Virus record (IMG/VR): IMGVR_UViG_3300028048_000039 | Span: 224,001 to 288,000 of that record | Direction: 5' to 3' (one strand) | DNA: 64,000 nt | DNA from: a virus | Taxonomy: Duplodnaviria; Caudoviricetes | Shown here: positions 1 through 11,100 of the stretch, piece after piece | How positions within the stretch are numbered: the first letter of the stretch is position 1 | How the letters are laid out: every line of letters begins with the position of its first letter | Position numbers and translations under genes: made by a program | Notes under the pieces: model-generated | What the model saw: the letters and a program-made list of their open reading frames with translations, nothing else | What the model was told of the DNA's origin: nothing | Database searches by the model: none

Positions 1-1
1 T

Positions 2-367
2 ATCATTAATCTTAATGAAGGGAAATGCCGTTTCTTAACTCCATATATGAAAAATGAAGTGGAAAGTGGTGTAGTTTATGGTTCAGAAAAAACAAAGGAA
101 ACCTGGGGAGAAACATACCTAGCTGAAGATGGCTCTCTATATTATACAGTTGGAAAGGGTTTTCACCATTCTTTCAAGAACCGTAGTGATGCGGAAAAGC
201 AATGGGTATTTTCTAAGCGAATAGCTATCGTTGACGCCTATATTCCAAAGGGAAGTGAATACTTCGTTGGTTCTTCTGGACCCGGTAAGGATGAAGTGGT
301 CTATGCATCAAGTGCAATTAGATACGACTTTGACAAGGATAAAATTCTTGCAGGAATAGATAAGTAA
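2..367 (+). CDS. Hypothetical phage protein, 5'-truncated by the window edge
   Basis: Frame is open from position 2 (IINLNEGKCRFLTPYM...). Contains GFHHSF and AYIPKGSEYFVG motifs and is followed by a terminator. Confidence 0.7.
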   Translation: MINLNEGKCRFLTPYMKNEVESGVVYGSEKTKETWGETYLAEDGSLYYTVGKGFHHSFKNRSDAEKQWVFSKRIAIVDAYIPKGSEYFVGSSGPGKDEVVYASSAIRYDFDKDKILAGIDK

Positions 368-404
368 AAAAAAAAGAACCCAGACTAATAATCTGGGTTT
401 TTTT
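368..404. terminator. Bidirectional intrinsic terminator
   Basis: AACCCAGA-loop-TCTGGGTT hairpin flanked by an A run and a T run, between convergent genes. Confidence 0.8.
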
Positions 405-435
405 ATTTCCTCTTAAACAGTTGTTTAAACACCAT

Positions 436-624
436 TCACTCTATAATCATCTTGTACATATCCCAAATTTTCTCCTTCCATTCATCAGACAAGTCATCAG
501 TCTCAAGATATTCTTGACACTCTTCAAGCTCTTTCTTAATAGCTTCAGCCATTTGATATAAAACCTTTGTTTTTTCGTCCATGATACCAGTACCCCCTTC
601 TTTTCTCTTATTAGAAATCGCCAT
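436..624 (-). CDS. Small hypothetical protein (start uncertain, 624 or 582)
   Basis: ORF overlaps the stop of the upstream gene; helical, charged sequence. Confidence 0.55.
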   Translation of the reverse strand: MAISNKRKEGGTGIMDEKTKVLYQMAEAIKKELEECQEYLETDDLSDEWKEKIWDMYKMIIE

Positions 625-847
625 CTTCGTCATTAAAAGATTTATCCTTGAATTGGTTGATGCGCCCATCAGCATACTCTTTCATTGCGCTGATAATTGT
701 TACTGGTTGGAATGTAAGACCAACCATTAGACCATAGAATGCGTCAAGAAATTCTTCCATCGTGCAATCTGGATTGTCCGACTCCCAAGTGTAAGTGTGC
801 CCATACATGCTAGCTGACATTTTGCAGTTTTCTTCGTATCTACCCAT
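611..847 (-). CDS. Hypothetical protein
   Basis: ATG at 847 (MGRYEENC...); co-oriented and downstream of RecD2. Confidence 0.6.
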   Translation of the reverse strand: MGRYEENCKMSASMYGHTYTWESDNPDCTMEEFLDAFYGLMVGLTFQPVTIISAMKEYADGRINQFKDKSFNDEDGDF

Positions 848-909
848 AATTCGTTGCTGTTTTTCTTCTCTTCTTATTTTTATAAAAAATATAAATTTTT
901 TTCTTATTT

Positions 910-3063
910 TCAAAATAAATCTTCATTTAAAAGCCATTCTTTCAGCATAGTATTTCTCTTACTGTAAGAAGTGTCGGCGACAGCCTGTTGTAGTGCCCTC
1001 TTATCCCCAACAATTATGCAAATGTCCTTTGCTCTTGTTATTGCTGTGTAGATTAGGTTTCGTTTCAACATGATTGAAAAGCTCCTCAAGAGCGGAATTA
1101 CCACTATTGGGTACTCAGAACCCTGTGACTTATGCACCGTGCTTGCATATGCGAGAATTACTTCATCCATATCAGCAATTTCATAGACGACCTTGTTCCC
1201 ATAGTAATCAACAACCATAATTTTTTCATCTGGGTCTAGGTCGACTATATAACCCATATCACCATTAAAAATTTCCTTATCATAGTTGTTCTTAATCTGC
1301 ATAACCTTGTCACCAAGTCTAAATGTAGTATTACCGTATTGTATTTCAAGCGTGTTCTTGTTAAGTTTTTCCTGAAGTATTCTACTAAGTTCATTTGCAC
1401 AACAAGATACGTTTCTCCTCCTCGGAGAAATAACCTGTATATCCGTTGGTTTAATGCCATAAGCCTTTGGTAGTCTGTCAGTTACCAATTTTCCAATTGT
1501 TTCTTCGACCATCAATGGGTCCCTCTGTTCAATGAAAAAGAAGTCATTATCCTTCTTGCTATTATCAAAGACAAGTGGTTTATTGTTTATCATGTTATGG
1601 GCATTCCTTATAATATAACTACCCTCAGCCTGGCGGAATATCTCAGTCAATGTAGTAACGTGTATTGTTCCAGACTCAATTACATCATGCAAGATGTTTC
1701 CTGGGCCAATTGCTGGTAACTGGTTTTCGTCGCCAACCAAGATAAGTTTTGCCGATGGTCTCACAGCCTTGAGAAGCGAACTCATAAGGAGAACATTTAC
1801 CATTGATATTTCATCAATAATTACAACATCCTCCATTAGCGGATTGCTCTCATCCCTCGTAAAACCCTCTCCTGGTCTATATTCCAGTAATCTGTGTATT
1901 GTCTTCGCTGGTCTCCCGGTAACCTCTGACATCCTCTTTGCCGCCATTGCTGTTGGTGCGGCACATGCAATTGAAAGACCGATTAACCTCATGGCAGTAA
2001 TCATACCAAGCAGTGCAGTTGTCTTGCCAGTTCCTGGACCACCAGTTAATACGATGACATTCTTCGTTAAACTAGCCGTAATAGCTTCCCTTTGTCTATC
2101 ATTATACTTCACACCTAACTGTCTTTCAAGGTCCTCGATGGACACATTAAATAACGCACCATAAGAAGATGAAGAGTTTAATGTTTTCAACTTCCTTGCA
2201 ATCTGCTTCTCTGCATAATATAAGTTTTGTGAAAATACTTCTTCTCCAGTAAATGTCTTGAGTGAGCCTTCCGTCACGTGGTCATCAATTATACCACTGA
2301 TGTAGGTTTTTTCAACTTCGTGGTCCAACATTTCCCACGATGCGTCAAGCAACTGATTTTTATAAAGAAATGTATGCCCATCTTCGCCACTTTCAGTGAG
2401 AACAAAGTCAAGACAGGCACCAATTCTCTCAGGATTGTACTTATCAACGCCAAATTTAAGAGCCATGGCATCGGCTTTCTTGAAACCAATTCCATCGACT
2501 TCATAGCAGAGGCGATATGGATTTTCCTTTACCTTATCAATGACTTCTCCACCATAAACACGATACATTTTCATTATCATGGTAATGGAAATACCATGTA
2601 CGGAGAAAAATTCAACAATTCTCTGGATTTCCTTGTGTTCCTTTACACCGTTAATAAGTGCCTCAGCCTTCTTCTTGCCAACGCCCTTTATCTGAGTAAC
2701 CCTTTCAGGCTCATTTTCTATTATACTAAGTGCGTTCTCCCCAAGAGCGTCAACGATTTTCCTTGCAAACTTTTCGCCAATGCCCTTAAAGATACCACAG
2801 GACAGATATGCAATCACACCAGCCTTTCCCCTCGGCTCTGCCTCAGCATAACGCTCAACAACAAATTGAAGACCATATTTATCAGTATCTTTCCACTCGC
2901 CATCAATTTCAATGGTAATACCCCTTTTTGGGTTTAGAATTCCATTCCGAAAAACGGCAGTAAATTCTGTGTTAAGGTCATTATCCGTTGCTGCTATAAC
3001 TGCATATCCGCTTTCATCATTCTTGTAAATTACATTATCTATTGTACAATTAATCCTTATCAT
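910..3063 (-). CDS. recD2: ATP-dependent RecD2-like DNA helicase (SF1B, HhH-containing)
   Basis: N-terminal OB-like region, HhH motifs (KGIGEK, KGVGKK, DGIGFKKAD), Walker A GGPGTGKT, DEISM, GDENQLPAIGPG, TVHKSQGSEY, YTAITRAK. Confidence 0.92.
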   Translation of the reverse strand: MIRINCTIDNVIYKNDESGYAVIAATDNDLNTEFTAVFRNGILNPKRGITIEIDGEWKDTDKYGLQFVVERYAEAEPRGKAGVIAYLSCGIFKGIGEKFARKIVDALGENALSIIENEPERVTQIKGVGKKKAEALINGVKEHKEIQRIVEFFSVHGISITMIMKMYRVYGGEVIDKVKENPYRLCYEVDGIGFKKADAMALKFGVDKYNPERIGACLDFVLTESGEDGHTFLYKNQLLDASWEMLDHEVEKTYISGIIDDHVTEGSLKTFTGEEVFSQNLYYAEKQIARKLKTLNSSSSYGALFNVSIEDLERQLGVKYNDRQREAITASLTKNVIVLTGGPGTGKTTALLGMITAMRLIGLSIACAAPTAMAAKRMSEVTGRPAKTIHRLLEYRPGEGFTRDESNPLMEDVVIIDEISMVNVLLMSSLLKAVRPSAKLILVGDENQLPAIGPGNILHDVIESGTIHVTTLTEIFRQAEGSYIIRNAHNMINNKPLVFDNSKKDNDFFFIEQRDPLMVEETIGKLVTDRLPKAYGIKPTDIQVISPRRRNVSCCANELSRILQEKLNKNTLEIQYGNTTFRLGDKVMQIKNNYDKEIFNGDMGYIVDLDPDEKIMVVDYYGNKVVYEIADMDEVILAYASTVHKSQGSEYPIVVIPLLRSFSIMLKRNLIYTAITRAKDICIIVGDKRALQQAVADTSYSKRNTMLKEWLLNEDLF

Positions 3064-3082
3064 ATAGCCTTTTTATGCCTTA

Positions 3083-3113
3083 CAAATATACAAAATTTTT
3101 GTCACAATTCAAA
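3083..3113 (-). promoter_or_regulatory. Bacteroidota-type sigmaA (early) promoter for recD2
   Basis: Minus strand TTTG-N19-TATATTTG, matching the -33/-7 TTTG / TAnnTTTG consensus. Confidence 0.7.
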
Positions 3114-3119
3114 ATGAAA

Positions 3120-3127
3120 CTATTTAT
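3120..3127 (+). promoter_or_regulatory. Putative late promoter CTATTTAT
   Basis: Motif recurs just upstream of about 18 virion/late transcription units. Confidence 0.7.
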
Positions 3128-3142
3128 AAAAAAATATGTTTT

Positions 3143-3958
3143 ATGAAACGTTTATTTGAAATAATTGCGAAATTCTTTAGAAAAATGTTTGGAAAAGAAG
3201 AAGAGGTCATTGTTAATGACCAGGAAGCCATAATTCCAGAAAATGAAGTAATTGAGGAAGAGGCTGAAGTTACCGAGACTGAGGGACCAGTAGATACTGG
3301 TGAAACTGAAAGTGTAGTGGCTGGAACTCCAGTTAGTACCGTGAAGATATTAATAGATAATGGCCATGGGTTTGATACCCCAGGCAAGAAGAGCCCTTAT
3401 TCATGTTATGGTGTTAAACCAGAACTTGCATTTGAGGAATGGGAATGGAATAGAGAGATTGCAAAACCGCTTGTTGAAAAGCTTGTTGCGTTAGGGTATA
3501 ATGCTGAGTTGCTTGTTCCTGAAAAGAATGATATATCACTTAGTGAACGTTCAAAGAGAGTAAATGACATCTGCCAGAAACTTGGAAGGGATAATGTCAT
3601 ACTTATTTCAATTCATGCTAATGCCGCCGGTAACGGTAAGGAGTGGATGAATGCAAAGGGATGGTCAGCATTTACAACCAAGGGAATAACTAAGAGTGAC
3701 AAACTTGCTAATTGCCTCTACTCTGCTGCTGAGGTATTTTTTAAGGATAGGAAGATTAGAGTGGATTACTCAGATGGTGACCCAGATTGGGAAGAAAACT
3801 TCTATATAATAAGGAAGACCTTGTGCCCAGCAGTTCTTACTGAGAATTTCTTCTATGACAATGTTGATGATGTGAAATACATACTTTCAGATGAAGGAAG
3901 AGAAGCGGTGATTAATACACACATTGACGGAATAATGAAGTATTTGGGTGACGTTTAA
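3143..3958 (+). CDS. N-acetylmuramoyl-L-alanine amidase (Amidase_3), probable endolysin
   Basis: ILIDNGHG, E (WEWNREIA), ISIHANA and PAVLTENFFYDN zinc-amidase motifs; late motif upstream. Confidence 0.9.
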   Translation: MKRLFEIIAKFFRKMFGKEEEVIVNDQEAIIPENEVIEEEAEVTETEGPVDTGETESVVAGTPVSTVKILIDNGHGFDTPGKKSPYSCYGVKPELAFEEWEWNREIAKPLVEKLVALGYNAELLVPEKNDISLSERSKRVNDICQKLGRDNVILISIHANAAGNGKEWMNAKGWSAFTTKGITKSDKLANCLYSAAEVFFKDRKIRVDYSDGDPDWEENFYIIRKTLCPAVLTENFFYDNVDDVKYILSDEGREAVINTHIDGIMKYLGDV

Positions 3959-3983
3959 AAAATTTTTATTTGACATAATGAAA

Positions 3984-4020
3984 AAAACCGCAAGAAGTTA
4001 ATTCCTGCGGTTTTCTTTTT
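3984..4020. terminator. Bidirectional intrinsic terminator
   Basis: AAAACCGCA...TGCGGTTTT hairpin between convergent genes. Confidence 0.75.
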
Positions 4021-4033
4021 GTTATTGATGAAA

Positions 4034-4399
4034 TTACTTTTTGTAATTTACGTCAATACGCTTTGGTGTTTTCTTTTCGGGTTTTTGTGGAACCCTGACG
4101 GTAAGCGTTTCACCATCCAACTCTGCCTCTACAGATGTCATATCAGCATCCTCAGGAAGTGTCTCGCTCGATGCAGCAGAAAACTTAGAGCCCTTGTCTG
4201 CATACTTGTAAGCCACCGTTACCACATTTCCTTCGACATCAACGTCGATGTCTTCTTTCTTTACTCTCTTGTCAAGAGTAACTTCAAATACATAAGCCCC
4301 GTCTTTCAACTCAAAACCATTGATATAAACCTCTGGCTTTGGGAATTCATACTTAAATGGGTCTACGAAATGAAAATAATCATCAATTAAATCAAACAT
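4034..4399 (-). CDS. Small heat shock protein (Hsp20/alpha-crystallin domain)
   Basis: VKKEDIDVDVEGNVVTV...TLPEDAD...AELDGETLTVRVP and a C-terminal IxV motif (RIDV). Confidence 0.85.
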   Translation of the reverse strand: MFDLIDDYFHFVDPFKYEFPKPEVYINGFELKDGAYVFEVTLDKRVKKEDIDVDVEGNVVTVAYKYADKGSKFSAASSETLPEDADMTSVEAELDGETLTVRVPQKPEKKTPKRIDVNYKK

Positions 4400-4424
4400 A
4401 ACCTTAAATTTTTAAAAATTATTA

Positions 4425-4640
4425 TTAAATCCTTGCGATGATTCTGCCTTTAGAAAGGTCGTAAGGTGAAATTTCAATCTTAACATTATCCCCTTCAATG
4501 ATTTTTATCTTGTTCTTCCTCATTTTTCCGCAAATGACGCATAATATATTTGCACCATTTTTAATGTCTACCCTAAACATTGCGTTTGGTAGTGCTTGTG
4601 TTACTGTTCCTTCTGTTAAAATTAGCTCTTGTTTTGCCAT
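4425..4640 (-). CDS. infA: Translation initiation factor IF-1
   Basis: [21 protein letters not shown]...[28 protein letters not shown]; 71 aa. Confidence 0.96.
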   Translation of the reverse strand: MAKQELILTEGTVTQALPNAMFRVDIKNGANILCVICGKMRKNKIKIIEGDNVKIEISPYDLSKGRIIARI

Positions 4641-4641
4641 A

Positions 4642-5754
4642 TTAAATTATCGATTTTATTTTTGTTTCATAACTATCTTCTCCATAGTGGAAGATATCTG
4701 CAAGTGAAAGCGGCTTTGTGAGCTTAGCCTCAACACCTCTTTCCTTAAGTACCTTCTCGGCCTTCTCAATGCAAAGCGGACGGAACTCATACTTGGACAC
4801 TAACCTTCCCTTCCTTAGAAGCGCTGGGTCAATGGTTTTCATATCATCATTGAACGTACAAATGAACTTCATTGAGAGGTCATCGGAAAGAATGCCATCA
4901 GTCATATTCAAGAGCAATGATACTGATGATGCTCCCTCGTTAAGTTTCCTGTTCTTAATGATGTTCTCACAATCTTCGAGTACGATGATGTCATTGTTCA
5001 ATGATGTGAGGAACGAACCAAATGATGGGTCACCAAAAAGAGGTACAAGGTGTGCTGGAATATACACAAACTTCTTGTCACGATACTTGCTTACAAGGTG
5101 CTTAATATATGTGCTCTTTCCGGTACCCTTCTCTCCATGAAGTATCACGAGTCCACTTTTCTCGTCTTCCTCAAGGAACTTGCATATCTTTTCATCTTCC
5201 TTTTTAAAATCATCATTGTAAAGATTTTCAAGGACAAAGTTTTGTGGGCATTTAACCTTACCCTTATCAAGATAATAACCCCCTTGCGAACTACATACTC
5301 TCCAATAAACGTCTTTTGTACTTTCTGGCATGATGTAGAACTGAAGCATATCTTCAATAAACTTCTCAACATCTTCTATATTCTCGTTCCCGAAGAGCAC
5401 ATATGACTCACTTACTGACTTTTCAAAACGAGCATAAATGTTACTCTTCTTCAAGATAACACAGAAACCAATCTCAAGTTTATCCTCGTCCTTTCCGAGC
5501 ACCTTTGTAAAGTAAGGTATAAGTTCAAGTTCGTCCTTATACTCACTCTCATTCAAGAAGTTTAGCATTTTCTTTGTGTCAAAGATGTAATCTCCATTGG
5601 TCCTGGCCTCATAATCAAACATATAACATGACGGAAAGAAACCATTGTTGGTATAGAACAGGTTTTGTAATGAAAGCCCGTCAACCCTTCCGTAGGTATC
5701 AACTTTGTCATAAGGCATGCTTATGTTAGGTATGTTCTTAATCTCTTTACTCAT
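4642..5754 (-). CDS. AAA+ ATPase
   Basis: Walker A GEKGTGKS, Walker [30 protein letters not shown]. Confidence 0.85.
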   Translation of the reverse strand: MSKEIKNIPNISMPYDKVDTYGRVDGLSLQNLFYTNNGFFPSCYMFDYEARTNGDYIFDTKKMLNFLNESEYKDELELIPYFTKVLGKDEDKLEIGFCVILKKSNIYARFEKSVSESYVLFGNENIEDVEKFIEDMLQFYIMPESTKDVYWRVCSSQGGYYLDKGKVKCPQNFVLENLYNDDFKKEDEKICKFLEEDEKSGLVILHGEKGTGKSTYIKHLVSKYRDKKFVYIPAHLVPLFGDPSFGSFLTSLNNDIIVLEDCENIIKNRKLNEGASSVSLLLNMTDGILSDDLSMKFICTFNDDMKTIDPALLRKGRLVSKYEFRPLCIEKAEKVLKERGVEAKLTKPLSLADIFHYGEDSYETKIKSII

Positions 5755-5765
5755 ATTTTTTTCTC

Positions 5766-5797
5766 CAAATATATAAAAAATAAAACTATTTTACAAA
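5766..5797 (-). promoter_or_regulatory. Bacteroidota-type early promoter for the AAA-infA-hsp20 operon
   Basis: TTTG-N20-TATATTTG on the minus strand. Confidence 0.7.
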
Positions 5798-6003
5798 AAA
5801 TTTTCAAATATAAAGTCACCAACATTCTCAATTTCCGGGAAATTCTGCTTCTTAAGCCGGTCTGTGCTGTTCTTTTGGTAGTTAATCTTACCCATATAAC
5901 TTGTCGAGGTATGGAACGACGTTGACTGCTTTGCTCCGTGATTAAACTGGTACATAACCCCTATTCCTGGCGACTCACTTGCTCTGTCTCTCTTTTTACT
6001 CAT
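5791..6003 (-). CDS. Small hypothetical protein
   Basis: Tightly packed ORF (MSKKRD...) in a minus-strand operon. Confidence 0.5.
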   Translation of the reverse strand: MSKKRDRASESPGIGVMYQFNHGAKQSTSFHTSTSYMGKINYQKNSTDRLKKQNFPEIENVGDFIFENFL

Positions 6004-6190
6004 AATCAAAAAATTCTATCACACTATCTAATAAACAATACATATAATTTTCATAGTCAGATATCATTGGTGGCTTATCTGAACCGAAATAATCCTTCAG
6101 GAAGTAACTAGGAAGCTTATCGTGAAATGTCCCGGTCCCTGGATTAAGAGAGGGCGCATCCGATTTATCTAACCAATTTTTCTTACTCAT
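5996..6190 (-). CDS. Small hypothetical protein
   Basis: Tightly packed ORF (MSKKNW...). Confidence 0.5.
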   Translation of the reverse strand: MSKKNWLDKSDAPSLNPGTGTFHDKLPSYFLKDYFGSDKPPMISDYENYMYCLLDSVIEFFDYE

Positions 6191-6191
6191 C

Positions 6192-6398
6192 TTATTTTAT
6201 GCTCTTTAAGCTACCATTCTTTTTACTTATCAATGGTTTATTTGACATTTGGATATTTACCTTACAACTGTCAGTAATGTGTTTAATATAATACCATTGC
6301 GATAATTCTAATAGGTACATTGAACCACCGCAAAATGTAAGCCACGGTGACCTGCTGTCAATGTGTGGGGAATCCAAGTCTTTAAAGTGAAATTTCAT
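6192..6398 (-). CDS. Small hypothetical protein
   Basis: ORF overlaps the helicase stop and abuts the next gene. Confidence 0.45.
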   Translation of the reverse strand: MKFHFKDLDSPHIDSRSPWLTFCGGSMYLLELSQWYYIKHITDSCKVNIQMSNKPLISKKNGSLKSIK

Positions 6399-7956
6399 CT
6401 TTTATTTCATTTAACTCCTTATATAAATATTTTGAACCAAGAAATGCCGCTGTTGGTTTAATTTCTTCTTCATCAACAAACCTCAATGATGACTTCGGCC
6501 TCGTACACATCACATATTGCAAGTGACGTTCCTCCTCAATCTGCCAAGGAAGCTTCGCCAGCTTGCTAGGAATCAATGACGGGCATACGATATAGACATT
6601 ATCAGCCTCAAGACCCTTTGCCTTATGAATTGTTGAAAGCATAATTCCTTCCTTTTTCTCAGAAAAGACATCATTGATAAATGTCAGCATATCCTGTCTA
6701 GTCTTAATGAATTTAGGAAAGAAATCCAATGTTCTTATGGCATCCAATCCACTAACGATATATTCATTGAACATTGTTTCCTTAGGGTCTGCGCCTTCCT
6801 CAGCATTTAACCTATTCCATTGCTCGATTACAGACTTTTTCATGTTCTTTGAAATTTCTTCAACGGTATCACCCTCAGTGATTAAGATACTGGATTCAAT
6901 TTCCCTCTTAAGGTCCTCACCAACAAAGTACATCTTCTTTCCACTTTCAATTCCTTTCTTATAAACCTGCATAAGCGGTGCTGCGTTTCTACACAATATC
7001 ATATCCCCATCCTTAGCGGTCCTGATGTGGTCGTTGAATACTACCTCGCCATCTGGCGCATTATCCATTGCATGAATATTGCTATTAGTGTATTGCTTTG
7101 CGTATTCAATAATCTTCTTTCCGCAACGATAATTCGTCGTAAGTGTAAGTTCCTGTGCTGGTCGTCTAAATTCAGTTGCATCCGATAAATGTTCAAATAC
7201 TTCGCCATCACTACCACACCACGAGTTTATCATCTGGTCCTTGTCACCAAATGCAAATAACCTCGTCTGCCGTCCAAAACACCTTTTTAGTACATCCTCT
7301 TGGGCTACTGAGACGTCCTGCGCTTCATCAAGCATGATTACATCATAAATGTGTGCCTTTGTAAAGTAGCCAAATTCATATGGAAAGACAAGGAGGTCAA
7401 GGAAATCAACTTTATTTCGGTTCTCCCTTCCCCATTCAAGTATCTTTGCTGCTGAGGCACACTCATCTGCAACTAGGCTAATTCCATACTTCTTGACCGC
7501 CATCTTCCTTATCTCCTTCTCCGTCTGTTTAAGGTTCTGTCTTGCCCTGTCAATTAGAGTTAGGAGGTTTGCCTTATAAATTCTCTTCTTCTCGGTTGAG
7601 AGATTGCTATATTCCTCTGGCGCATCATTCAAGAATATCTTTGTAATGTAATTCTTATACTTATGCTCATCATCAAGTTCAGGTGTAACCCCGAAGTGTT
7701 CGGTGTATAACCTCCAAGCAAGTCCGTGAAGAGTGTAGATGCTTACATTCTTTGCATCACCCATCCTCTCCTTGAGAGTGTCCCTTGTTGACCTATTATG
7801 TGCTACGAGGAGTATCCTCTTGTTCGGGCCTATTCTCTTTGCGCACTCAATAAGTGTAGTTGTCTTTCCAGCACCAGCTACGGCCTGGACAATGAGATTT
7901 TTAATGCCCTTCTCAGCAAATTCAAATATGTCTTTCTGTTCTTGACTATATTCCAT
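6382..7956 (-). CDS. UvrD/Rep-like SF1 helicase
   Basis: AVAGAGKTT, LDEAQD, FGDKDQ, TTNYRC, STIHKAKGLEAD, YVMCTR. Confidence 0.88.
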   Translation of the reverse strand: MEYSQEQKDIFEFAEKGIKNLIVQAVAGAGKTTTLIECAKRIGPNKRILLVAHNRSTRDTLKERMGDAKNVSIYTLHGLAWRLYTEHFGVTPELDDEHKYKNYITKIFLNDAPEEYSNLSTEKKRIYKANLLTLIDRARQNLKQTEKEIRKMAVKKYGISLVADECASAAKILEWGRENRNKVDFLDLLVFPYEFGYFTKAHIYDVIMLDEAQDVSVAQEDVLKRCFGRQTRLFAFGDKDQMINSWCGSDGEVFEHLSDATEFRRPAQELTLTTNYRCGKKIIEYAKQYTNSNIHAMDNAPDGEVVFNDHIRTAKDGDMILCRNAAPLMQVYKKGIESGKKMYFVGEDLKREIESSILITEGDTVEEISKNMKKSVIEQWNRLNAEEGADPKETMFNEYIVSGLDAIRTLDFFPKFIKTRQDMLTFINDVFSEKKEGIMLSTIHKAKGLEADNVYIVCPSLIPSKLAKLPWQIEEERHLQYVMCTRPKSSLRFVDEEEIKPTAAFLGSKYLYKELNEIKDEISL

Positions 7957-8023
7957 TTTTCACTAATTTTTAGTAATATACAAATAATTTTTGTATTTCG
8001 CAAAAAATCACTCTATTTAATAT

Positions 8024-8113
8024 AAAACCCAGAGTTGATTGAGCACATATAATAAAGAGACAGAGTGCCTTCTCCTTCGTGTGGTTTTTGGGGGCGTTTT
8101 TACGCCCTTTTTT
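8024..8113 (+). ncRNA. Candidate late-expressed small structured RNA
   Basis: CTATTTAA at 8013-8020, no ORF, AAAACC/GGTTTT closing stem, GGGCG/CGCCC + T6 terminator. The next gene has its own promoter at 8124. Confidence 0.45.
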
Positions 8114-8153
8114 GTTTAGAGAACTATTTATTGTAAATTAAGAATTTTATAAC

Positions 8154-11100
8154 ATGAAACTTATTATATCAGAAGAACAGGAAAAGCATTTAGCAAAAAA
8201 TATATTATTAATTGAAAATCGTTTCGGAACAGCGAAGAAACGTGTTGCTGCTGTTATTGAACAATATTTTAACAAGGCACCGTGGCTTTATGAAACATAC
8301 CTTTCACAAACTAATCCTCGTGGATTGGACGGTTTAACGTATAAACGTGATGCTTTCCTCAATGACTTTTATCATGATTCAAATAGGAAGGAGTCGTCTG
8401 CTGCAAGATTGGCCCCATTGTTTGCTAGACTTGCATTTGAGGCTGGTTACGGAACGGTAGTAGCTGACGAAACTAAGATTAATAAGCTTAGGATGATTCT
8501 TAAGTATGTCTATGAAAATGCCGAGAGAATTGTACTGAATAAGGCTTTCCCAGAGGAGTCTCTTTACACAATGACCTATGATGAATTAAACAGGACCTAT
8601 GGCGAGGCGGTTGATAGACAAGAAGCCGAGGAAATGGAGAGGCTAAAAAATACCAAGTTTGCTGGTGAGTCAGATTATGAAATTCTTAGAGACGTTGATT
8701 ATAAGACGGCACATGAAATAGGAAACTACTCAAGTGACAAGGGCCGTGGCGCACTCTGCTACACCCAAAGTGATGGGACATGGAAAAGCTACAAGTCAAA
8801 TGATGTAAACAAAGTTTATATACTTTTGAAACCGGGATGGAAAGAAATGGAGCCAGTCCACGATAATGGTTCTACTGGTCCTGATGGCGATGCGTATGAT
8901 GCTTATGGTTTAAGTATGATTTATATCTTCGTTGGCCCGCCAGAGGTTGAGGGAGGGGTTGGTACATTAGCATACTGTAATGTTAGATGGAACCACCTTG
9001 CGACGTATGAAAAGGCCGAGGTGGACCATGCGCTTACAAAGGAACAAATTAGTAGACTTATTCAGGCTAACTTTGATAGCGTGTTTACGCCATATACAAC
9101 TGAAGAATTGGTTGCCAAGGGCTATGAACCAATTGACGAAGAAAAAATAATTAATGCTATAAAAGACGGGACAAAGAACACACATCGAGTTGGTGGTAGT
9201 GACTTATATACTGTCAGTGCCAGAAACCATAAAGAAAATATATATGATAGCAGAACGGATACCTTTGTTCTAAAGATGTGGGTTTATAGTATAAACAGTA
9301 TTAGTCTAGGCGAATCTGGTCAAAAATACATTCATATTGTCACGGATTCTAACAAGAGAAACCTCGTCGACACTAAGGGTAACTTACTATTTGGAAATCC
9401 TATTGACCCTGATGCATGGCCTATTCACATACAGACCCCGTATGGCTCCTCTACTAGTAATCTTATTCAGGTAATATATAGGTTAGGAGACCATGTTAAA
9501 TTTAATGTATTTAATCTTGGTACCAATTCTTTCTTATTTAGCCAAAAGAACGGAATGTTATTGCCAGATGAAGTAGCAATTAAGAACAACGGTTATGTAA
9601 CATACATATTAAAAACCGAAGACGGCATGAAACTTGGCGCTGTGGACATAAATGGTGAAGAAGTTGAAGTTGATACTGACTTTATCATGGATAATTCGAA
9701 AGAAATTGGTCGTGACGGTAACCTCATTGCTGTTAGATATGCTGGAGTATCTAATATTTTTGACAATAGTGAAGGACGTTTCTACTTTGATACTTGGGTT
9801 AATAATGTAAGCTTGTTTGATAAAAGTGACTTAGGTGAAACCTGTTATGTAATAACAGAAGCGGTTGGTGATAGAAATCGCCATAATTTAGGTTTCGTTG
9901 GTGGAAGAACATTATTCCCGATGGATGATAAGAGTGTTTGGGCTGATGGTTATGGGCGTTTATACGGAAGGAATGTAATAGCATTTTACTTTAGGGATGG
10001 AGCAGAAGAAGGTTATTGGAACCATGAAAATGGTTTCAAGATGTTAAGGGATATAGCAGATAATGTAGAAGAATTGAAATACTATTATCATGACGCATTT
10101 GTTTATGAACAGACTCCGAATTTATTGATATTAACGGAAGGAGATAATTCGTATAAGATTTTTAACAAGACCACTAAGACGACCTTTGAACGTGGAAGAT
10201 GGTTTGACATTGTAAGACCATTCAAACATAACGAAAATTATCTTTGGGCCGCTGATTGTGATAATTATGGGCATTTCATTGACAATGATATGAATTCTGT
10301 CTTTGGTAGTTACGTCTGGATAGATGATACTAGGACATTACAAGGCTTTACTCATGCAGTAAATGATAGTCCAGAAAATGATTTACACATATTAGTTGAT
10401 TATAACTTTAAACCTTTATTCGGAAAAGTAGATAATCAAAGAACTTGGTCAACTACTTTTAAAAAGTACAATGATTATACCGTCGTGATAGAGGTGGATA
10501 GTAAGTTTAATGTAATTTACGGTGGTAGGAAACTCTTATTTGGCGATGTTGATAATATAGATAATTGGGCAACCAGCGTATCTTTATTCAATGGTGCTCA
10601 GGAAGTTAGTGCTACTTTCGAGAATGGTCAGCATAAAGTATATAATTTATCTAGTGGTAGTCAGTATGATGTTAATAAAGAGTCATTGACAAATAGATTT
10701 AACGTTTTGAAAACACTTAATGATGGTAGGTTTTCTATAATATCATTAAAAAATGACCCTAAGGCGGTTAATATATATGATGCAGAAAATAACAGGATGG
10801 CATTAGATACATTTTTCACAAAGGCATTCTTGAAATTTGCTGGAAATGGTGTAATTGTCTTACTGTCTGAAGGTGAGGAAGGGGGTAGTTTTTATAGTAT
10901 GTACAACTTGAATGCCAATAAATTATATGCTACTCAGGGAATTAAGAAGTTCAAAAGGGTTGTTGGCGGAAATAATTGCTTAATTGTGTTCATAACGGAG
11001 AATCCTAGATACACATCCTTTAACGTCATTGACTTTAGGAGGGGACCAGAGTTTTTCTTGGATTATCCATTAACTATCAATGGGCAGTCAGCATATTACA

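Noticed and set aside
8027-8075. Glycine riboswitch or known ribozyme (minus strand has CGAAGGAG and ACTCTGG)
   Set aside because: The motif order is wrong and it is too short. No hammerhead, twister, pistol or HDV core could be fitted by eye.
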